From positions 430,889 to 494,888 of the forward strand of contig CAWINI010000003.1 of the NCBI GenBank assembly GCA_963837395.1: a stretch of 64,000 nt of DNA, given 5' to 3'. This DNA comes from an uncultured bacterium (lineage in GTDB: Bacteria; Acidobacteriota; HRBIN11; JAKEFK01). Shown piece by piece: positions 37,859-49,300 of this stretch; the stretch's first letter is position 1, and each line of letters starts with the position of its first letter. The notes below the pieces were generated by a model. The model was not told the origin of the DNA and did no database searches. It saw nothing but the letters and a program-made list of their open reading frames with translations. The position numbers and the translations under genes are program-made.

Positions 37859-38566
37859 ATGTATGGTTTTATGAGGACAACACGGCGGGAGCCGAAGACA
37901 AAGCGAGCAGCGGCAGCATTTTACGACCTTGATGGTACGCTGGTAAAAACGAACCTGGTACATGTCCTGTTTTTTCAAGCCCGTAATCAGCAAGGAATTT
38001 TGCGTAGCATCACCAAAACTGCCACAGTGATGTCAGCGGTTCCGGCTTTTCTGCTGACAGATGCTTACAGCCGTACCGCATTCCAGGAATTATTTTTCAA
38101 GATGTACAAAGGTGAATCGGAGGATCGTATCCGATTTTTGTCTGAAGAATTATTTGAAGATGTAATTCAACCTTCGATTTTTCCGGGTGCATACGATCTC
38201 ATTGAAAAATCACGCAGTCTCGGACTTCGCCAGGTCCTTGTTACTGGCGCGCTTGATACCACAGTTGCACCGCTTGCACGTCATTTGAAAATTGATGATT
38301 GGATCACGAACCGATTGGAATTTGTTGACGGATTTGCTACAGGCCGATTGTTGCCGCCAGTAATGGCGAATGCATCGAAAGCATCCTGGATCCGTTCGTA
38401 TGCCGAAAAAGAAGGATTGAGTTTGAGCGCAAGTTATTGTTATACAGATAGCATCAGTGATCTTCCGATGCTATCGGTGGTTGGACATCCCACAGCGGTT
38501 CATCCTGATTTTCGTTTGAAAAGCACTGCAATCTCCAGCCATTGGCCAATTTTAGATTTGAGGTAA
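37859..38566 (+). CDS. HAD-IB family hydrolase (phosphoserine-phosphatase-like).
   Basis: 'AAAFYDLDGTLVKTN', 'LVTGALD' and 'YTDSISDLPML'. The start was moved past the N-terminal extension that translates the repeat. TATAAT overlaps the ATG at 37859 and the next ATG is at 37871. Confidence 0.7.
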   Translation: MYGFMRTTRREPKTKRAAAAFYDLDGTLVKTNLVHVLFFQARNQQGILRSITKTATVMSAVPAFLLTDAYSRTAFQELFFKMYKGESEDRIRFLSEELFEDVIQPSIFPGAYDLIEKSRSLGLRQVLVTGALDTTVAPLARHLKIDDWITNRLEFVDGFATGRLLPPVMANASKASWIRSYAEKEGLSLSASYCYTDSISDLPMLSVVGHPTAVHPDFRLKSTAISSHWPILDLR

Positions 38567-38572
38567 ACGAAG

Positions 38573-39721
38573 ATGAGCCTTATACTTCGCCGCCGTCTTG
38601 AAGAAAACATTACTTATATTGACAGCGATTCTGAACCGCGAATTCTGCATAATGGTGAAGACTTTTTGTTGGAAGATTTGCCTGTTGGTACGCGCGTAAT
38701 TTACCCGAAATCCCCGATTGCTGGGTTGCCGAATCCTGAAGCTGCAATCCGTTATGCGTTAAATCGTCCTCTGGGATGTGATCCGCTTCATGCTCAACTC
38801 TTTCCAGGAATGAAAGTCACAATTGCGGTTGATGACATTAGTCTTCCTTTGCCTCCCATGAAAACTCCGGAAGTTCGCCAACAAATTCTGGAAATTGTTC
38901 TGGATATGTTAACCGGCCATGGCGTTGATGATATTCACATCATTGTCGCCAATTCTTTGCATAGAAAAATGACAGAACCGGAAATGAAGCGGATGGTTGG
39001 ATCAAAAATCCATAAAGCATATTACCCCGATCGTTATTACTGTCATGATGCTGAAGATCCTGAAGGGATGATCAATCTTGGCGAAACAAAACATCATGAA
39101 GTGGTAAATATGAATCGCCGCGCGGCCGACAGTGATCTTGTTATCTACATCAACATCAATTTAGTTCCGATGGATGGCGGCCATAAATCGGTAACTGTCG
39201 GATTATGCGATTACGAAAGTCTGCGCCCTCATCATGAACCGCAAACTATTATCGATTCTGATAGTTACATGGATCCGGCGCGTTCTGAGCTCAGCCGCAA
39301 ATGCGAACGGATGGGCAAAATTGTTGATCAACACATGAATGTGTTTCACATTGAAACGGCATTGAACAACGATATGTTTCTTGGCCCGATGGGTTTCTTG
39401 AACAAGAATGAAGATAACTTCACGGACGCTGATTGGGCGATGTTTAATCTTACAAAAGCAACGCTGGAAAAACTTCCGCGCAATGCAAAACGGAAAATGT
39501 TTTTCCAAATTCCATCCAATTACAAAATGATCGGTTGTTATGCCGGAAAGACTGAGTTGGTGCACGAAAAAATTTTGCAGCATTGTTTTGAGCAATACGC
39601 TGTTCCGGTAAAGAATCAGGCCGATATTTTGATCACCGGAATTCCATACATTTCTCCGTACAATGTGAATTCTATTTTGAATCCTGTTTTGGTTCAGGTG
39701 ATGGGCCGGTTATTTCTTTAA
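38573..39721 (+). CDS. LarA-like (DUF2088) nickel-dependent racemase/epimerase family protein, N-terminal part.
   Basis: Weak resemblance only. Conserved His/Lys-rich core '[14 protein letters not shown]' and '[10 protein letters not shown]'. It is continued out of frame by 39723..40166. Confidence 0.4.
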   Translation: MSLILRRRLEENITYIDSDSEPRILHNGEDFLLEDLPVGTRVIYPKSPIAGLPNPEAAIRYALNRPLGCDPLHAQLFPGMKVTIAVDDISLPLPPMKTPEVRQQILEIVLDMLTGHGVDDIHIIVANSLHRKMTEPEMKRMVGSKIHKAYYPDRYYCHDAEDPEGMINLGETKHHEVVNMNRRAADSDLVIYININLVPMDGGHKSVTVGLCDYESLRPHHEPQTIIDSDSYMDPARSELSRKCERMGKIVDQHMNVFHIETALNNDMFLGPMGFLNKNEDNFTDADWAMFNLTKATLEKLPRNAKRKMFFQIPSNYKMIGCYAGKTELVHEKILQHCFEQYAVPVKNQADILITGIPYISPYNVNSILNPVLVQVMGRLFL

Positions 39722-39722
39722 C

Positions 39723-40166
39723 ATGTACAGGAATAAACCTGTGGTGAAAAAAGGTGGAGTCCTGATTTTGACTCATCCCTGTTATGACGAATTTGATCCC
39801 AATTTCCATCCGAGTTATATCGAATTTTTTCACCGCTTATTACCGGAAACGAAAGATAGTTTTGAATTGCGCGAAAAATATGAACAGGAATTTGCGCATG
39901 ATCCGAATTACATCCAGATGTATCGCCGCGGCAATGCATATCATGGCGCTCATCCTTTTTTCATGTGGTATTGGGCTGAAAATGGCAGGAAACATCTCAG
40001 CAAAATTATCGCTGTTGCCGGAAATTCATATGTTCCGGAAATGCTTGGATGGGAGCGTGCCTCAACATTAACGGAAGCGATTTACATGGCAAGAAGTCAT
40101 ATGGGACGCACCGCAGAAATTACCATGCTTCATCATCCACCGATTTTTATTTCGGATATGGAGTAA
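39723..40166 (+). CDS. Probable C-terminal continuation of the LarA-like gene after a frameshift.
   Basis: It starts 2 nt after the previous stop in a different frame. Confidence 0.35.
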   Translation: MYRNKPVVKKGGVLILTHPCYDEFDPNFHPSYIEFFHRLLPETKDSFELREKYEQEFAHDPNYIQMYRRGNAYHGAHPFFMWYWAENGRKHLSKIIAVAGNSYVPEMLGWERASTLTEAIYMARSHMGRTAEITMLHHPPIFISDME

Positions 40167-40218
40167 AATATATTGCATCATTGATTCGCTATAATTCAAT
40201 GGTGGGGGGACGAACATT

Positions 40219-41949
40219 ATGGCGCGGTTAGTGCTGAATCCGGGCCAAACAAATGAGCAGGTCTTTGATTTAAAAAAAGGACCAACCACTATCGGTCGGG
40301 CTAAAGAAAACGACATTGTCATTCTGGACGCAAGTCTGTCTCGCATGCACGCCCGTGTCGATGTAAATGGTGATCGGATCGTTTTAAGCGATCTGCAAAG
40401 CAGTAATGGCACTTTCGTAAATGGCGATCGGATCACGCACTGCGTCTTGAAACACGGCGATACAGTAATGTGCGGCGATGTTGCACTTCAGTTCCGTGAA
40501 GATCTCCACATCCTTCATGAAATTTCTTCAGGTGTTCGCAAAGGATTTGCAGAATTACTTGTAGTTGATAAACCGCGCGATAAGGTAAGTACCTCTGCGT
40601 TAAAAATCAAACAAAAAGATGCTCAGCAGAGATCAAAAGACAAACTTCAAATCCTGCTGGAAGTCAGCGAATTACTTTCCAATCCTGAAGAGATCGATGT
40701 TTTGCTTCAAAAAATTGTGGAATTTTTGTTCGTGATCATGGATGTAGATCGCGCTGCAATTCTGATGGTGAACGAAGAAACTGGAATTCTTGAGCCGCGC
40801 ATTACGAGATCCGGTGTTGAAGTGCATGAAGGTGAAACCATATACAGCCGCAGTATTGTAAATTATGTTTTGCAAAAAAATGTTTCAGTTATTTCATCCG
40901 ATGCACGCGAAGATCCGAGATTCGGAGACACAGGATCGATCATGCGCCAGTCAATTCGATCTTCCATCTGTGTACCTTTAAAAACCCGTGACAAAGTGAT
41001 CGGCGTTTTGTATGTGGATAATGTATCAGTACCGATGAGATTTATCGCAGAGGATCTGGAATTCTTAAGCGTATTTGGAAATCAAGCTGCGGTAGCAATT
41101 GAAAATTCTAAGCTGTACAACAAGATCGAAGAAGATGCCAGAGGCCGTGAGCAGGAATTAATGTCACTTGTGGAAGATCGTACGCGCAATCTGCAGGTCG
41201 AAAAAGAGAAAGCAGAAAAAGCGATGTCTGTAGCTGAAGAAGCAAATAAATTTAAAAGCCAATTCCTGGCCAACATGAGTCACGAATTGCGGACGCCATT
41301 AAATGCAATCATCGGTTACAGCGAAATGTTGCAAGAGGAAGCGGAAGAACTTGGCGTATCCGATTTAAATGGTGATTTGCAAAAAATTCAAGCTGCAGGA
41401 AAACATCTTCTGGCGCTGATCAATGACATTCTCGATCTATCAAAAATCGAAGCCGGCAAAATGGAATTGTTTCTGGAAAATTTCGGACTAACCGGATTAC
41501 TGGATGAAGTGGTCACAACAGTTCGGCCGCTGATGAAGAAAAACAACAACACATTGATATTTGAATCGAATCAAAACCTTGGTTCGATGCATGCGGATGT
41601 GACTCGTGTTCGCCAGGTATTGTTTAATTTGTTAAGCAATGCATCCAAGTTCACTAAAGATGGAAAAGTTTCGCTAGCAGTTGATAAGGGCACTGAAAAT
41701 GGTTCGGGATGGATTACTTTTCGCGTTTCTGATACCGGCATCGGAATGACATCGGAACAAGTGGGACGATTGTTCCAGGCATTTTCACAAGCGGATGCTT
41801 CTACCTCGCGCAAATATGGCGGTACAGGTTTAGGACTGGTAATCAGCCTGCGATTCTGCCAGATGATGGGCGGAACAATTACGGTAGAAAGTGAACCAAA
41901 TGCCGGCACCACGTTTACTGTAAAGCTTCCTGCACTGGTCTCTGTTTAA
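40219..41949 (+). CDS. FHA-GAF-histidine kinase.
   Basis: FHA 'TTIGRAKENDIVILDASLSRMHARV...SSNGTFVNG'. H-box 'SHELRTPLNAI'. G-box 'GGTGLGLVIS'. Confidence 0.88.
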   Translation: MARLVLNPGQTNEQVFDLKKGPTTIGRAKENDIVILDASLSRMHARVDVNGDRIVLSDLQSSNGTFVNGDRITHCVLKHGDTVMCGDVALQFREDLHILHEISSGVRKGFAELLVVDKPRDKVSTSALKIKQKDAQQRSKDKLQILLEVSELLSNPEEIDVLLQKIVEFLFVIMDVDRAAILMVNEETGILEPRITRSGVEVHEGETIYSRSIVNYVLQKNVSVISSDAREDPRFGDTGSIMRQSIRSSICVPLKTRDKVIGVLYVDNVSVPMRFIAEDLEFLSVFGNQAAVAIENSKLYNKIEEDARGREQELMSLVEDRTRNLQVEKEKAEKAMSVAEEANKFKSQFLANMSHELRTPLNAIIGYSEMLQEEAEELGVSDLNGDLQKIQAAGKHLLALINDILDLSKIEAGKMELFLENFGLTGLLDEVVTTVRPLMKKNNNTLIFESNQNLGSMHADVTRVRQVLFNLLSNASKFTKDGKVSLAVDKGTENGSGWITFRVSDTGIGMTSEQVGRLFQAFSQADASTSRKYGGTGLGLVISLRFCQMMGGTITVESEPNAGTTFTVKLPALVSV

Positions 41950-41996
41950 CTTAGTGCCTTTGTGGTTAACTTGACAAAAACCGACCGGTCGGTTGA

Positions 41997-42416
41997 CTAC
42001 AGTTTAGAACTGCGAGTTTGACGCCATGAAGAAATGCCGCGCAGTAGCGAACCTGCGAACACCAAATAAACTCCCATTGCTGTGATCGGCCGATCGATCA
42101 CTGTTCGCGGACTTTCCATGCAGAAGCCAATAAAAATCAGCACAGGAGCGGTCAGGAGAAAAACAGAACCGATGATCGAAACAACCGTTTCTTTACGATC
42201 GCTCGCTGTGCCGAATGCAAAATTCAACAAACCAGACATCAGCAAATAAATATGAGCGCTTCGAAATAAAACACGGATTGAATCACCCAGATCTGACATC
42301 GGCGGCTGATGAAAGCGCATGAACATTCCGGTGCCAAGAAAAACAATGATGATGATCAATCCATAATACCGATGGATCAAAATCCATTTTGATGACACCG
42401 GTAGCGAAGTTTCCAT
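41997..42416 (-). CDS. Membrane protein (hypothetical, about 4 TM).
   Basis: Hydrophobic segments only. Confidence 0.45.
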   Translation of the reverse strand: METSLPVSSKWILIHRYYGLIIIIVFLGTGMFMRFHQPPMSDLGDSIRVLFRSAHIYLLMSGLLNFAFGTASDRKETVVSIIGSVFLLTAPVLIFIGFCMESPRTVIDRPITAMGVYLVFAGSLLRGISSWRQTRSSKL

Positions 42417-42421
42417 ACAAA

Positions 42422-42478
42422 AATTTTTGTCCGCCGCGGCGGACGATCCCCAATGCGGACTAAAGTCCGCGTTCCTTC
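42422..42478 (-). terminator. Two GC-rich hairpins, the second followed by A/T-rich sequence (terminator-like), downstream of 42480..42935.
   Basis: gcggactttagtccgc and gtccgccgcggcggac followed by aaaaattttt on the minus strand. Confidence 0.4.
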
Positions 42479-42479
42479 G

Positions 42480-42935
42480 TTAGTCTGTTCCGCCTTTCCA
42501 GCTTTCTTTTTCAACTCTCCAGGTCTTGTCTTCAAGAACCATGTGAACTTCGCCAGTTTGTTTCGATGCGGCGCCTTCAGCCTTCCCTTCTACGTTTAAT
42601 GTCGCTTCTTTAGACGTCATAGTGCCGCCAATGATTTTGATGTCTTTCGGTTCAAGCGCTTGCATCATTGGAAGCATCTCTTTCATCTGCGGATCATCCA
42701 ATTTTTTCGCGCGATCCGCTGTGACCATTTTCTTGAGAGCCGGTATGTCACCAGCTGAAAACGCTTTGGTATATGCCAGATAAGCTTTTCCGGGCTCGCC
42801 GCCATCAGCTGGTAATGCTGTAGGCTTTTCTGCATCAGCAGCAAACAGTGGAGGTGAAATTAGCAGTACGAACACGAACAGAATCGTAAATCTCTTGAGC
42901 ATCGAGTCCTCCTTGATTGCACCAAATCCTATCAC
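42480..42935 (-). CDS. Secreted hypothetical protein.
   Basis: Signal peptide 'FTILFVFVLLISPPLFAADA'. Confidence 0.5.
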   Translation of the reverse strand: MIGFGAIKEDSMLKRFTILFVFVLLISPPLFAADAEKPTALPADGGEPGKAYLAYTKAFSAGDIPALKKMVTADRAKKLDDPQMKEMLPMMQALEPKDIKIIGGTMTSKEATLNVEGKAEGAASKQTGEVHMVLEDKTWRVEKESWKGGTD

Positions 42936-42981
42936 AGGATCTTTGCAACTTTAATAATGCGAATTCGTCTGTTTAAATAAT

Positions 42982-43060
42982 AATCGTACTCAAACTCGTA
43001 CTCTTAATCTTACTCGGAGGATTACGAGTACGAGTACGATTACGAGTACGAGTACGAGTA
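42982..43060 (+). repeat. Hexamer-repeat hairpin element, copy B, ending 7 nt before the ATG at 43068.
   Basis: aatcgtactcaaactcgtactcttaatcttactcg, loop gagg, attacgagtacgagtacgattacgagtacgagtacgagta. Confidence 0.8.
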
Positions 43061-43067
43061 AAAAGAG

Positions 43068-43892
43068 ATGCTAACCACCAGGATCGACATTCTGCCGGAA
43101 CTACAAAATCTTGAAATCGCTGAAACGACTTACAATGATCACGAGTTTCCACGTCATTTGCATGAAACTTATGTAATCGAAGTTGTAATTCAGGGGACCG
43201 TTGAGTTTGAATGTGGAGGCAAACAACATCTTGCTCCAGCCGGCAGCCTCATCCTTTTTCACCCCGGAGATGTCCACACCGGCAGGTCATTATGTAACCA
43301 CACGGTTACATATTCCAGTTTTTGTCCTACGGCTGATTGGATGCAATGGTTTTTAAAAACCACGGATTCTCCCGATCGGACAATAATCTTTCCATCACCT
43401 ACGATGAATGATCCCAAAGTTGCCCGGCTTTTAAAAGCTGCACATGATGCTTTGCAAAATCAAGCCGAAATGTTGCATTCCGAATCCCTGATGATTCTGG
43501 CATTTTCGTATTTGCTACAAAATGAGGCCCCGAAACTGTCGAAACAAAATGAACCACGGGCTATTCAAAAAGCAAAAGAGTACATGACTGCAAAATTTTC
43601 TGATCAAATTCATTTAACCGATCTCGCACAAACTTCGGGTCTCAGTCCATATTATTTTTTGCGATCATTTCAAAAAGCGACCGGGTTAACGCCGCATGAA
43701 TATTTGTGCAACTTGCGAGTCGAAAGAGCGCGAAAGTTATTAGCAAGCGGGGCTTCAATCTCAGATGCGGCTGTGCAGACTGGATTTTTCGATCAAAGCC
43801 ATCTGCATCGCCATTTCCGCCGCCTGCTGGGAATCACCCCTGGCCAGTACAGAGCAATTTTGTACAAGAAGCGCTCAATCCTTCCAGTTTAA
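43068..43892 (+). CDS. AraC-family transcriptional regulator with a cupin-like N-terminal domain.
   Basis: C-terminal 'LSPYYFLRSFQKATGLTPHEYL...QTGFFDQSHLHRHFRRLLGITPGQY'. Confidence 0.85.
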   Translation: MLTTRIDILPELQNLEIAETTYNDHEFPRHLHETYVIEVVIQGTVEFECGGKQHLAPAGSLILFHPGDVHTGRSLCNHTVTYSSFCPTADWMQWFLKTTDSPDRTIIFPSPTMNDPKVARLLKAAHDALQNQAEMLHSESLMILAFSYLLQNEAPKLSKQNEPRAIQKAKEYMTAKFSDQIHLTDLAQTSGLSPYYFLRSFQKATGLTPHEYLCNLRVERARKLLASGASISDAAVQTGFFDQSHLHRHFRRLLGITPGQYRAILYKKRSILPV

Positions 43893-43915
43893 GATCACAC
43901 TACAGAGGAGTGTTT

Positions 43916-45016
43916 ATGAGAATTTCCAAAGCTTTGGTATTGCTATTGATCTTATTCCCTTATTTATTCTTCGCTCAGACTCAAACAAAAAATGCGGCCG
44001 AATATGTTTGCCCACCTTGTGGATGTTCAAACGATGATAAAGTTTTTAATGCTCCTGGAAGTTGCCCAGTTTGCGGAATGCAACTTGTTCCCAAACAACA
44101 AAACCAGGAACAACAACAGTCTATGAAAGCAGCAATCCTTATTTTCGATGGTGTACAGATTATCGATTTCACCGGACCTTATGAAGTTCTGGGTCAAGCC
44201 GGAATTGATGCTTTCACGGTTGGAGAAAAAGCAAATCCAATTCGAACAACCATGGGAATGACAGTCACGCCTACGTATACATTTGAAAACGCTCCACCTG
44301 CTCAACTTCTGATCGTTCCCGGCGGCGATGTACAAACCCAAAATAAAAACATCATTCAATGGATTCAGCAAAGAGCGAAATCTGCTGATTATGTTCTTTC
44401 CGTTTGTAATGGAGCTTTTTATCTTGCAGAAGCAGGATTGCTGGATGGCCGCGATGCTACAACGTTTTACAATTTGATTGATGACCTACAAAAAACTTAC
44501 CCGAAGGTACATGTTGTAACAAACAAACGTTATGTGGATAACGGCAAAATCATCACATCTGCTGGATTGTCATCAGGCATCGATGGAACCCTGTATTTAA
44601 TCTCAAAGATTCATGGAAAAGGAATCGCGCAACAAGTTGCTCTGAACATGGAATACAACTGGCAGCCAGGATCTACTTATGCGCGTGCGGATTTCGCGGA
44701 CAAATATTTGCGCCGGATGACGAATCGCAGGCTTCAACTTGAAATTCCAAATCAAGTGGACGCGAAGGTGGTGAATACCCATGGCAGTGACGATCAGTGG
44801 GAAGCAGAATGGGAACTTCAGGCGAATTCCAGTATGCCTGAAATCAAAAACTATTTGGAAGACAAGCTTCAAGGACTTGGCAAATGGTCACGTGACGGTT
44901 CGGGTTGGAAATTTACTGGAGATAATGGAGAAAAATGGGCCGGGAATCTGAATGTCACTCCGATTGATGGCAAACAGAATTTTTATTTGATCAACCTAAA
45001 AATTCACAAGATTTAG
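43916..45016 (+). CDS. Exported DJ-1/PfpI-family protein with an N-terminal Cys-rich metal-binding motif and an extra C-terminal domain.
   Basis: Signal peptide 'ALVLLLILFPYLFFAQT'. 'CPPCGCSNDD...CPVCGM'. DJ-1 core 'LSVCNGAFYLAEAGLLDG'. SD gaggag precedes the internal ATG. Confidence 0.7.
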   Translation: MRISKALVLLLILFPYLFFAQTQTKNAAEYVCPPCGCSNDDKVFNAPGSCPVCGMQLVPKQQNQEQQQSMKAAILIFDGVQIIDFTGPYEVLGQAGIDAFTVGEKANPIRTTMGMTVTPTYTFENAPPAQLLIVPGGDVQTQNKNIIQWIQQRAKSADYVLSVCNGAFYLAEAGLLDGRDATTFYNLIDDLQKTYPKVHVVTNKRYVDNGKIITSAGLSSGIDGTLYLISKIHGKGIAQQVALNMEYNWQPGSTYARADFADKYLRRMTNRRLQLEIPNQVDAKVVNTHGSDDQWEAEWELQANSSMPEIKNYLEDKLQGLGKWSRDGSGWKFTGDNGEKWAGNLNVTPIDGKQNFYLINLKIHKI

Positions 45017-45076
45017 CTCAGTTTAAAACCGCGTTTGGTCGGAATATTATAGAGAACATACCAACAGGAGTTCTCT

Positions 45077-46216
45077 ATGGCCTACACACAAACCAAGTTT
45101 CGCCCTTTCTTGATCGGCATGGCGGTCGGTGTGGCCGTCATGTTTATTTTGTGGCGTCCATCATTGGATCGCGTCAGTAGCAATCCTCAAAACTTAAAAG
45201 ATGATGGTCCCAGTCCAACGGCGATTTTATTAGCTCAGTCTCCGGATTTATTGCCTGATGAAAAAAATACGGTTGCTGTTTTCCAGGAAAATGCACCATC
45301 TGTAGTTTTCATCACCAACAGAGGATTACAACAAGATATCTTTACGTTAAATGAGACTGAGATTCCGCAAGGTGCCGGAAGCGGATTCATCTGGGATAAA
45401 CAAGGACATGTCGTTACAAATTATCATGTCATTCAAAATGCACATTCATTAAGCGTTAAACTCAACGATCAAAAAACGTTTGAAGCTGAGATTGTTGGTT
45501 CGGAACCGAATAAAGATATTGCAGTAGTCCGGATCAAAGCTCCTGATAATGAGTTGAAAGCAGTACAGCCTGGAGCTTCTGACAAATTGCTCACCGGACA
45601 AAAAGTAATTGCAATTGGAAATCCATTTGGTTTGGATCAAACATTAACAGTTGGTGTTGTTAGTGCAGTAGGCCGTGAAATTCAATCAGTGACGAATCGC
45701 ACGATCCGCGATGTGATTCAAACTGATGCTGCAATCAATCCAGGAAACAGTGGTGAACCGTTGTTGGATGCGCATGGACGTTTGATTGGAATGAATACGG
45801 CGATTGTCAGCCCCAGTGGTGCTTATGCCGGAATCGGATTTGCTGTGCCTGTAAACACGATAAAGAGTATCGTGCCCGAATTAATCCAACATGGCAAAAT
45901 TGTTCGTCCTGGACTTGGAATTAACATATTGCCGGATCAAATCGCGGAAAATGCAGGTATTGAAGGAGTGGTTGTTGCAACTGTTGTGAAAGGTGGAGCT
46001 GCCGATCAAGCCGGACTGAAAGGGATTAAACGCACGTTTTTTGGAGAAACGGAAGTTGGCGATGTTATTACTGCTGTTGATGGGAAAAAAGTGAAAACAG
46101 CAGATGAGTTAGCAACGGAACTAGAGAGTCACAAGATTGGTGATGAAGTAACGATCACGTATCAGCGGGATGGCAAAGAACAAAAAGCGAAGATCCGTTT
46201 GCAAGAAATTGGGTAG
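45077..46216 (+). CDS. HtrA/DegP-family serine protease with a PDZ domain.
   Basis: 'GSGFIWDKQGHVVTNYHVI', 'GNSGEPLLD' and a PDZ domain. Confidence 0.88.
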   Translation: MAYTQTKFRPFLIGMAVGVAVMFILWRPSLDRVSSNPQNLKDDGPSPTAILLAQSPDLLPDEKNTVAVFQENAPSVVFITNRGLQQDIFTLNETEIPQGAGSGFIWDKQGHVVTNYHVIQNAHSLSVKLNDQKTFEAEIVGSEPNKDIAVVRIKAPDNELKAVQPGASDKLLTGQKVIAIGNPFGLDQTLTVGVVSAVGREIQSVTNRTIRDVIQTDAAINPGNSGEPLLDAHGRLIGMNTAIVSPSGAYAGIGFAVPVNTIKSIVPELIQHGKIVRPGLGINILPDQIAENAGIEGVVVATVVKGGAADQAGLKGIKRTFFGETEVGDVITAVDGKKVKTADELATELESHKIGDEVTITYQRDGKEQKAKIRLQEIG

Positions 46217-46218
46217 TA

Positions 46219-46283
46219 TGTAGTGGCGAGCGGAAGCTCGCCTATTCAATTTTGTCGAGGGCGACCTTCCGGTCGCCCCTACT
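46219..46283. repeat. Second copy of the nested palindrome TAGTGGCGAGCGGAAGCTCGCC...GGCGACCTTCCGGTCGCCCCTACTA.
   Basis: Same family as 28786..28845. Confidence 0.75.
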
Positions 46284-46291
46284 AGCGCACA

Positions 46292-46300
46292 TGTTATAAT
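46292..46300 (+). promoter_or_regulatory. Extended -10 (TGTTATAAT) ending 7 nt before the ATG at 46308, a candidate leaderless promoter for the ElbD-like gene.
   Basis: TGnTATAAT is read directly. No SD lies between it and the ATG. Confidence 0.4.
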
Positions 46301-46307
46301 TTCTCCC

Positions 46308-49300
46308 ATGCGAATTTCCCCCTCCTGGATCTTTCGAGGCCGAAACATTTTCTTCGTCGGCGGAACAGGTTTCCTGGGCAAAGTTACTCTCAGCACGCTG
46401 CTCGAGAGATTTCCAGACATTGGCAAAATTTATTTGATGGTTCGGGCTGGCTCAGGAGACGATAGTGAGGAACGATTTTGGAATAATGTTTTTACGTCCC
46501 CGGCTTTCGATCCCATTCGCGAACGTTATGGCGATCAAGTTAAATCATACCTGAGCGAAAAGCTGATTATTGTTGGCGGCGACATCACACACGATAACCT
46601 CGGCTACACCGAAGAACAAGCTCAGAAAATTGCCAGTGACATTGATCTTGTTCTGAATTCATCCGGTAACGTTAGTTTTAATCCTCCGCTGGAAACAGCG
46701 ATGAAAACGAATGTTACCGGCACCAAGAATTTGCTGGCATTTGTAAAACGGATGAAACGTCCGGCGTTTGTTCATACCAGCACATGTTTTGTTGCTGGAA
46801 ATCGAAAAGGTCAAATCTGGGAAGACGATCCAGTGATTGGATATTTTCCGCGCCGCGATGAATTAACAGAGGTAACGTTTTCAGTTGAACAAGAGCTGAA
46901 AGATTCTGAACGTTTAACTCGAAACATTGTTGAAGAAGCGGAGGATGCAACTTTAAACGCTGAATTCAGATCGACCGCGCGCAAACGTTTGATTGAAGAA
47001 GGTCGTGATCCTGATGAAGGCAATACATTAAATTTAGCCGCAGCACGCGAACGAAAAGATTGGATTCGCAATAAAATGAGCGATCTTGGATTGCAACGCG
47101 CGCAATGGTGGGGCTGGCCCAATATTTATACCTACACCAAGAGCATGGCAGAACAATTAATTGCTGCTGAAACTGGAATCGCTCGCGCTATCGTTCGGCC
47201 TGCAATTGTAGAAAGCTCAGTCTCGTATCCATTTCCGGGTTGGAATGAAGGCTTCAATACTACTGCCCCTCTGATTTTGTTTGCATTAAATGGACAAAGC
47301 ATTTATCCACTTAATCAAAATGTGATTCTCGACATTATTCCAGTTGATTACGTTGCATCTGCAATGCTCAGTGTCGCAGCACAAACGATTGTTGAACAAC
47401 CAAGACTTGTTTATCAGCTTTGTTCTGGCGATAGCAATCCGATCAAACTCAGAAGAATCGTTACGCTGCTTGGTCTTTATAAGCGCTCCTATTTTCAAGA
47501 TAAAAAAACCGGTAACCGTTTCTTGAACGCAATTGCTGCACGGATGGAAGCCAGTGCAGTTGAAGATGCACCATTCAGAAAGATTGTTCCGCGATTACGC
47601 GATGCAGTGGAAGAAATTTCAAAATCGTTAGCCAAAACGAAATCATATGGCGTGTTAAGTGGAATAAAAGGGCAACTCAAAAAAGGCGCCGATCATGCTG
47701 AAGCATTTTTGCATGAAGGACTTGAAGCATACGAACAATTTCGTCCATTCACAGTCTTGAACGATTATCATTTCCGCGCTGATAATGTCCGAGCGTTGTT
47801 CGAACGTATGCCTGATGAAGATCGGCAGATTTTAACCTGGGCTCCTGAAACACTCGATTGGTATCATTACTGGCTGAAAATTCACTTTCCTGGTTTGAAC
47901 CGTTGGGTATTTCCAAAAATGGAAGAAATTGGAAAGCCCAAACCAAAGCGTGTTTATACCTACCGCACACTTGTTGAATTGTTTGATTCCGTAACAAAGC
48001 TACATGCGGATCGGATCGGAATGCGGATCGAACGCGATGGAAAGCTTGAAGAATACACTTACGCCGATTTGCGCGAATTAATTCTGCACTGTGCCGCATT
48101 TCTGCGGGGTCATAGCATTGGCGCTGATGATCATGTTGCATTAATTGCTGAAAATTCTCCGGAGTGGGGAATCAGCTATTTCGGTATTATCCGCGCAGGC
48201 GCAACGTCCATTCCAATGGACAAAGATTTAACAACAGATGAAATTGTAAATCTGATCCGCGCGGGAAATGCAAAAGCAATTATTGTTAGCAATAAAATCC
48301 GCCGCAAACATTCAAAGTTAGAAAAGAAGCTGCAAGATCTAAATCTGAAAGTTCATCTATGGACATTTGATGATGTTTTTGCGCTGGGTGATGAGCAAAC
48401 TGAAAAAGAGCAGATTGCACAACTTCCAAAAGCCAGACCAGGAGCGATCGCATCTTTAATATTCACATCAGGCACAACCGGTCATCCGAAGGGCGTCATG
48501 CTGACGCAAAAAAATCTGACCAGCATGATGTCCCAATTGTTGAAGGTTTATGATGTTACAAAGGAAGACGGATTTTTAAGTATCCTTCCTTTGCATCATA
48601 CATTCGAATTTTCTACAGGGTTTTTGCTTCCATTCAGCCGCGGATCGCAAATTACCTACTTGCAAGAATTGACCGGTGATTCAATTTCCGATGCGTTTAA
48701 AACCAGCCATGTCACGATGATGGTTGGCGTTCCAGCACTTTGGGATTTATTGCGCAGACGGATCTTAAACAAATTCGGTGATAAATCGAAAAAACTTGAA
48801 GGCTTCGTGAAGTCTCTGATCAGTGTGAATCGCTGGATTCGTGAAAAAACTTCTCTGAATGTCGGACCATTCTTATTCTTCCCTGTTCATCATGGATTAG
48901 GCGGCCGCATCCGATATCTCATCAGTGGTGGTTCATCATTATCAGAAAAGACGTACGACACTTTTTATGGTTTGGGATTCTCGCTGAATGAAGGTTACGG
49001 ACTAACCGAAAGCTCACCGGTGCTGACTGTCACCCGGCCCGGAGCAAAACCAAAAATCGGAAGTGTTGGTGAAGCCTTGCCTGGCGTGGAAATTAGAATT
49101 TTGAATGCGAATGAAAAAGGTGTAGGCGAAGTGATTGCGCGCGGTCCAAATATCATGTCTGGCTATTATGAAAATAAGGAAGCAACCGAAACAACCATCA
49201 TCGATGGATGGCTTCATACCGGTGATCTTGGATACGTAGATGAAGACGGCAATTTGTTTTTGGTAGGCCGATCAAAAGATCTGATCTTAGGTCCAAGTGG

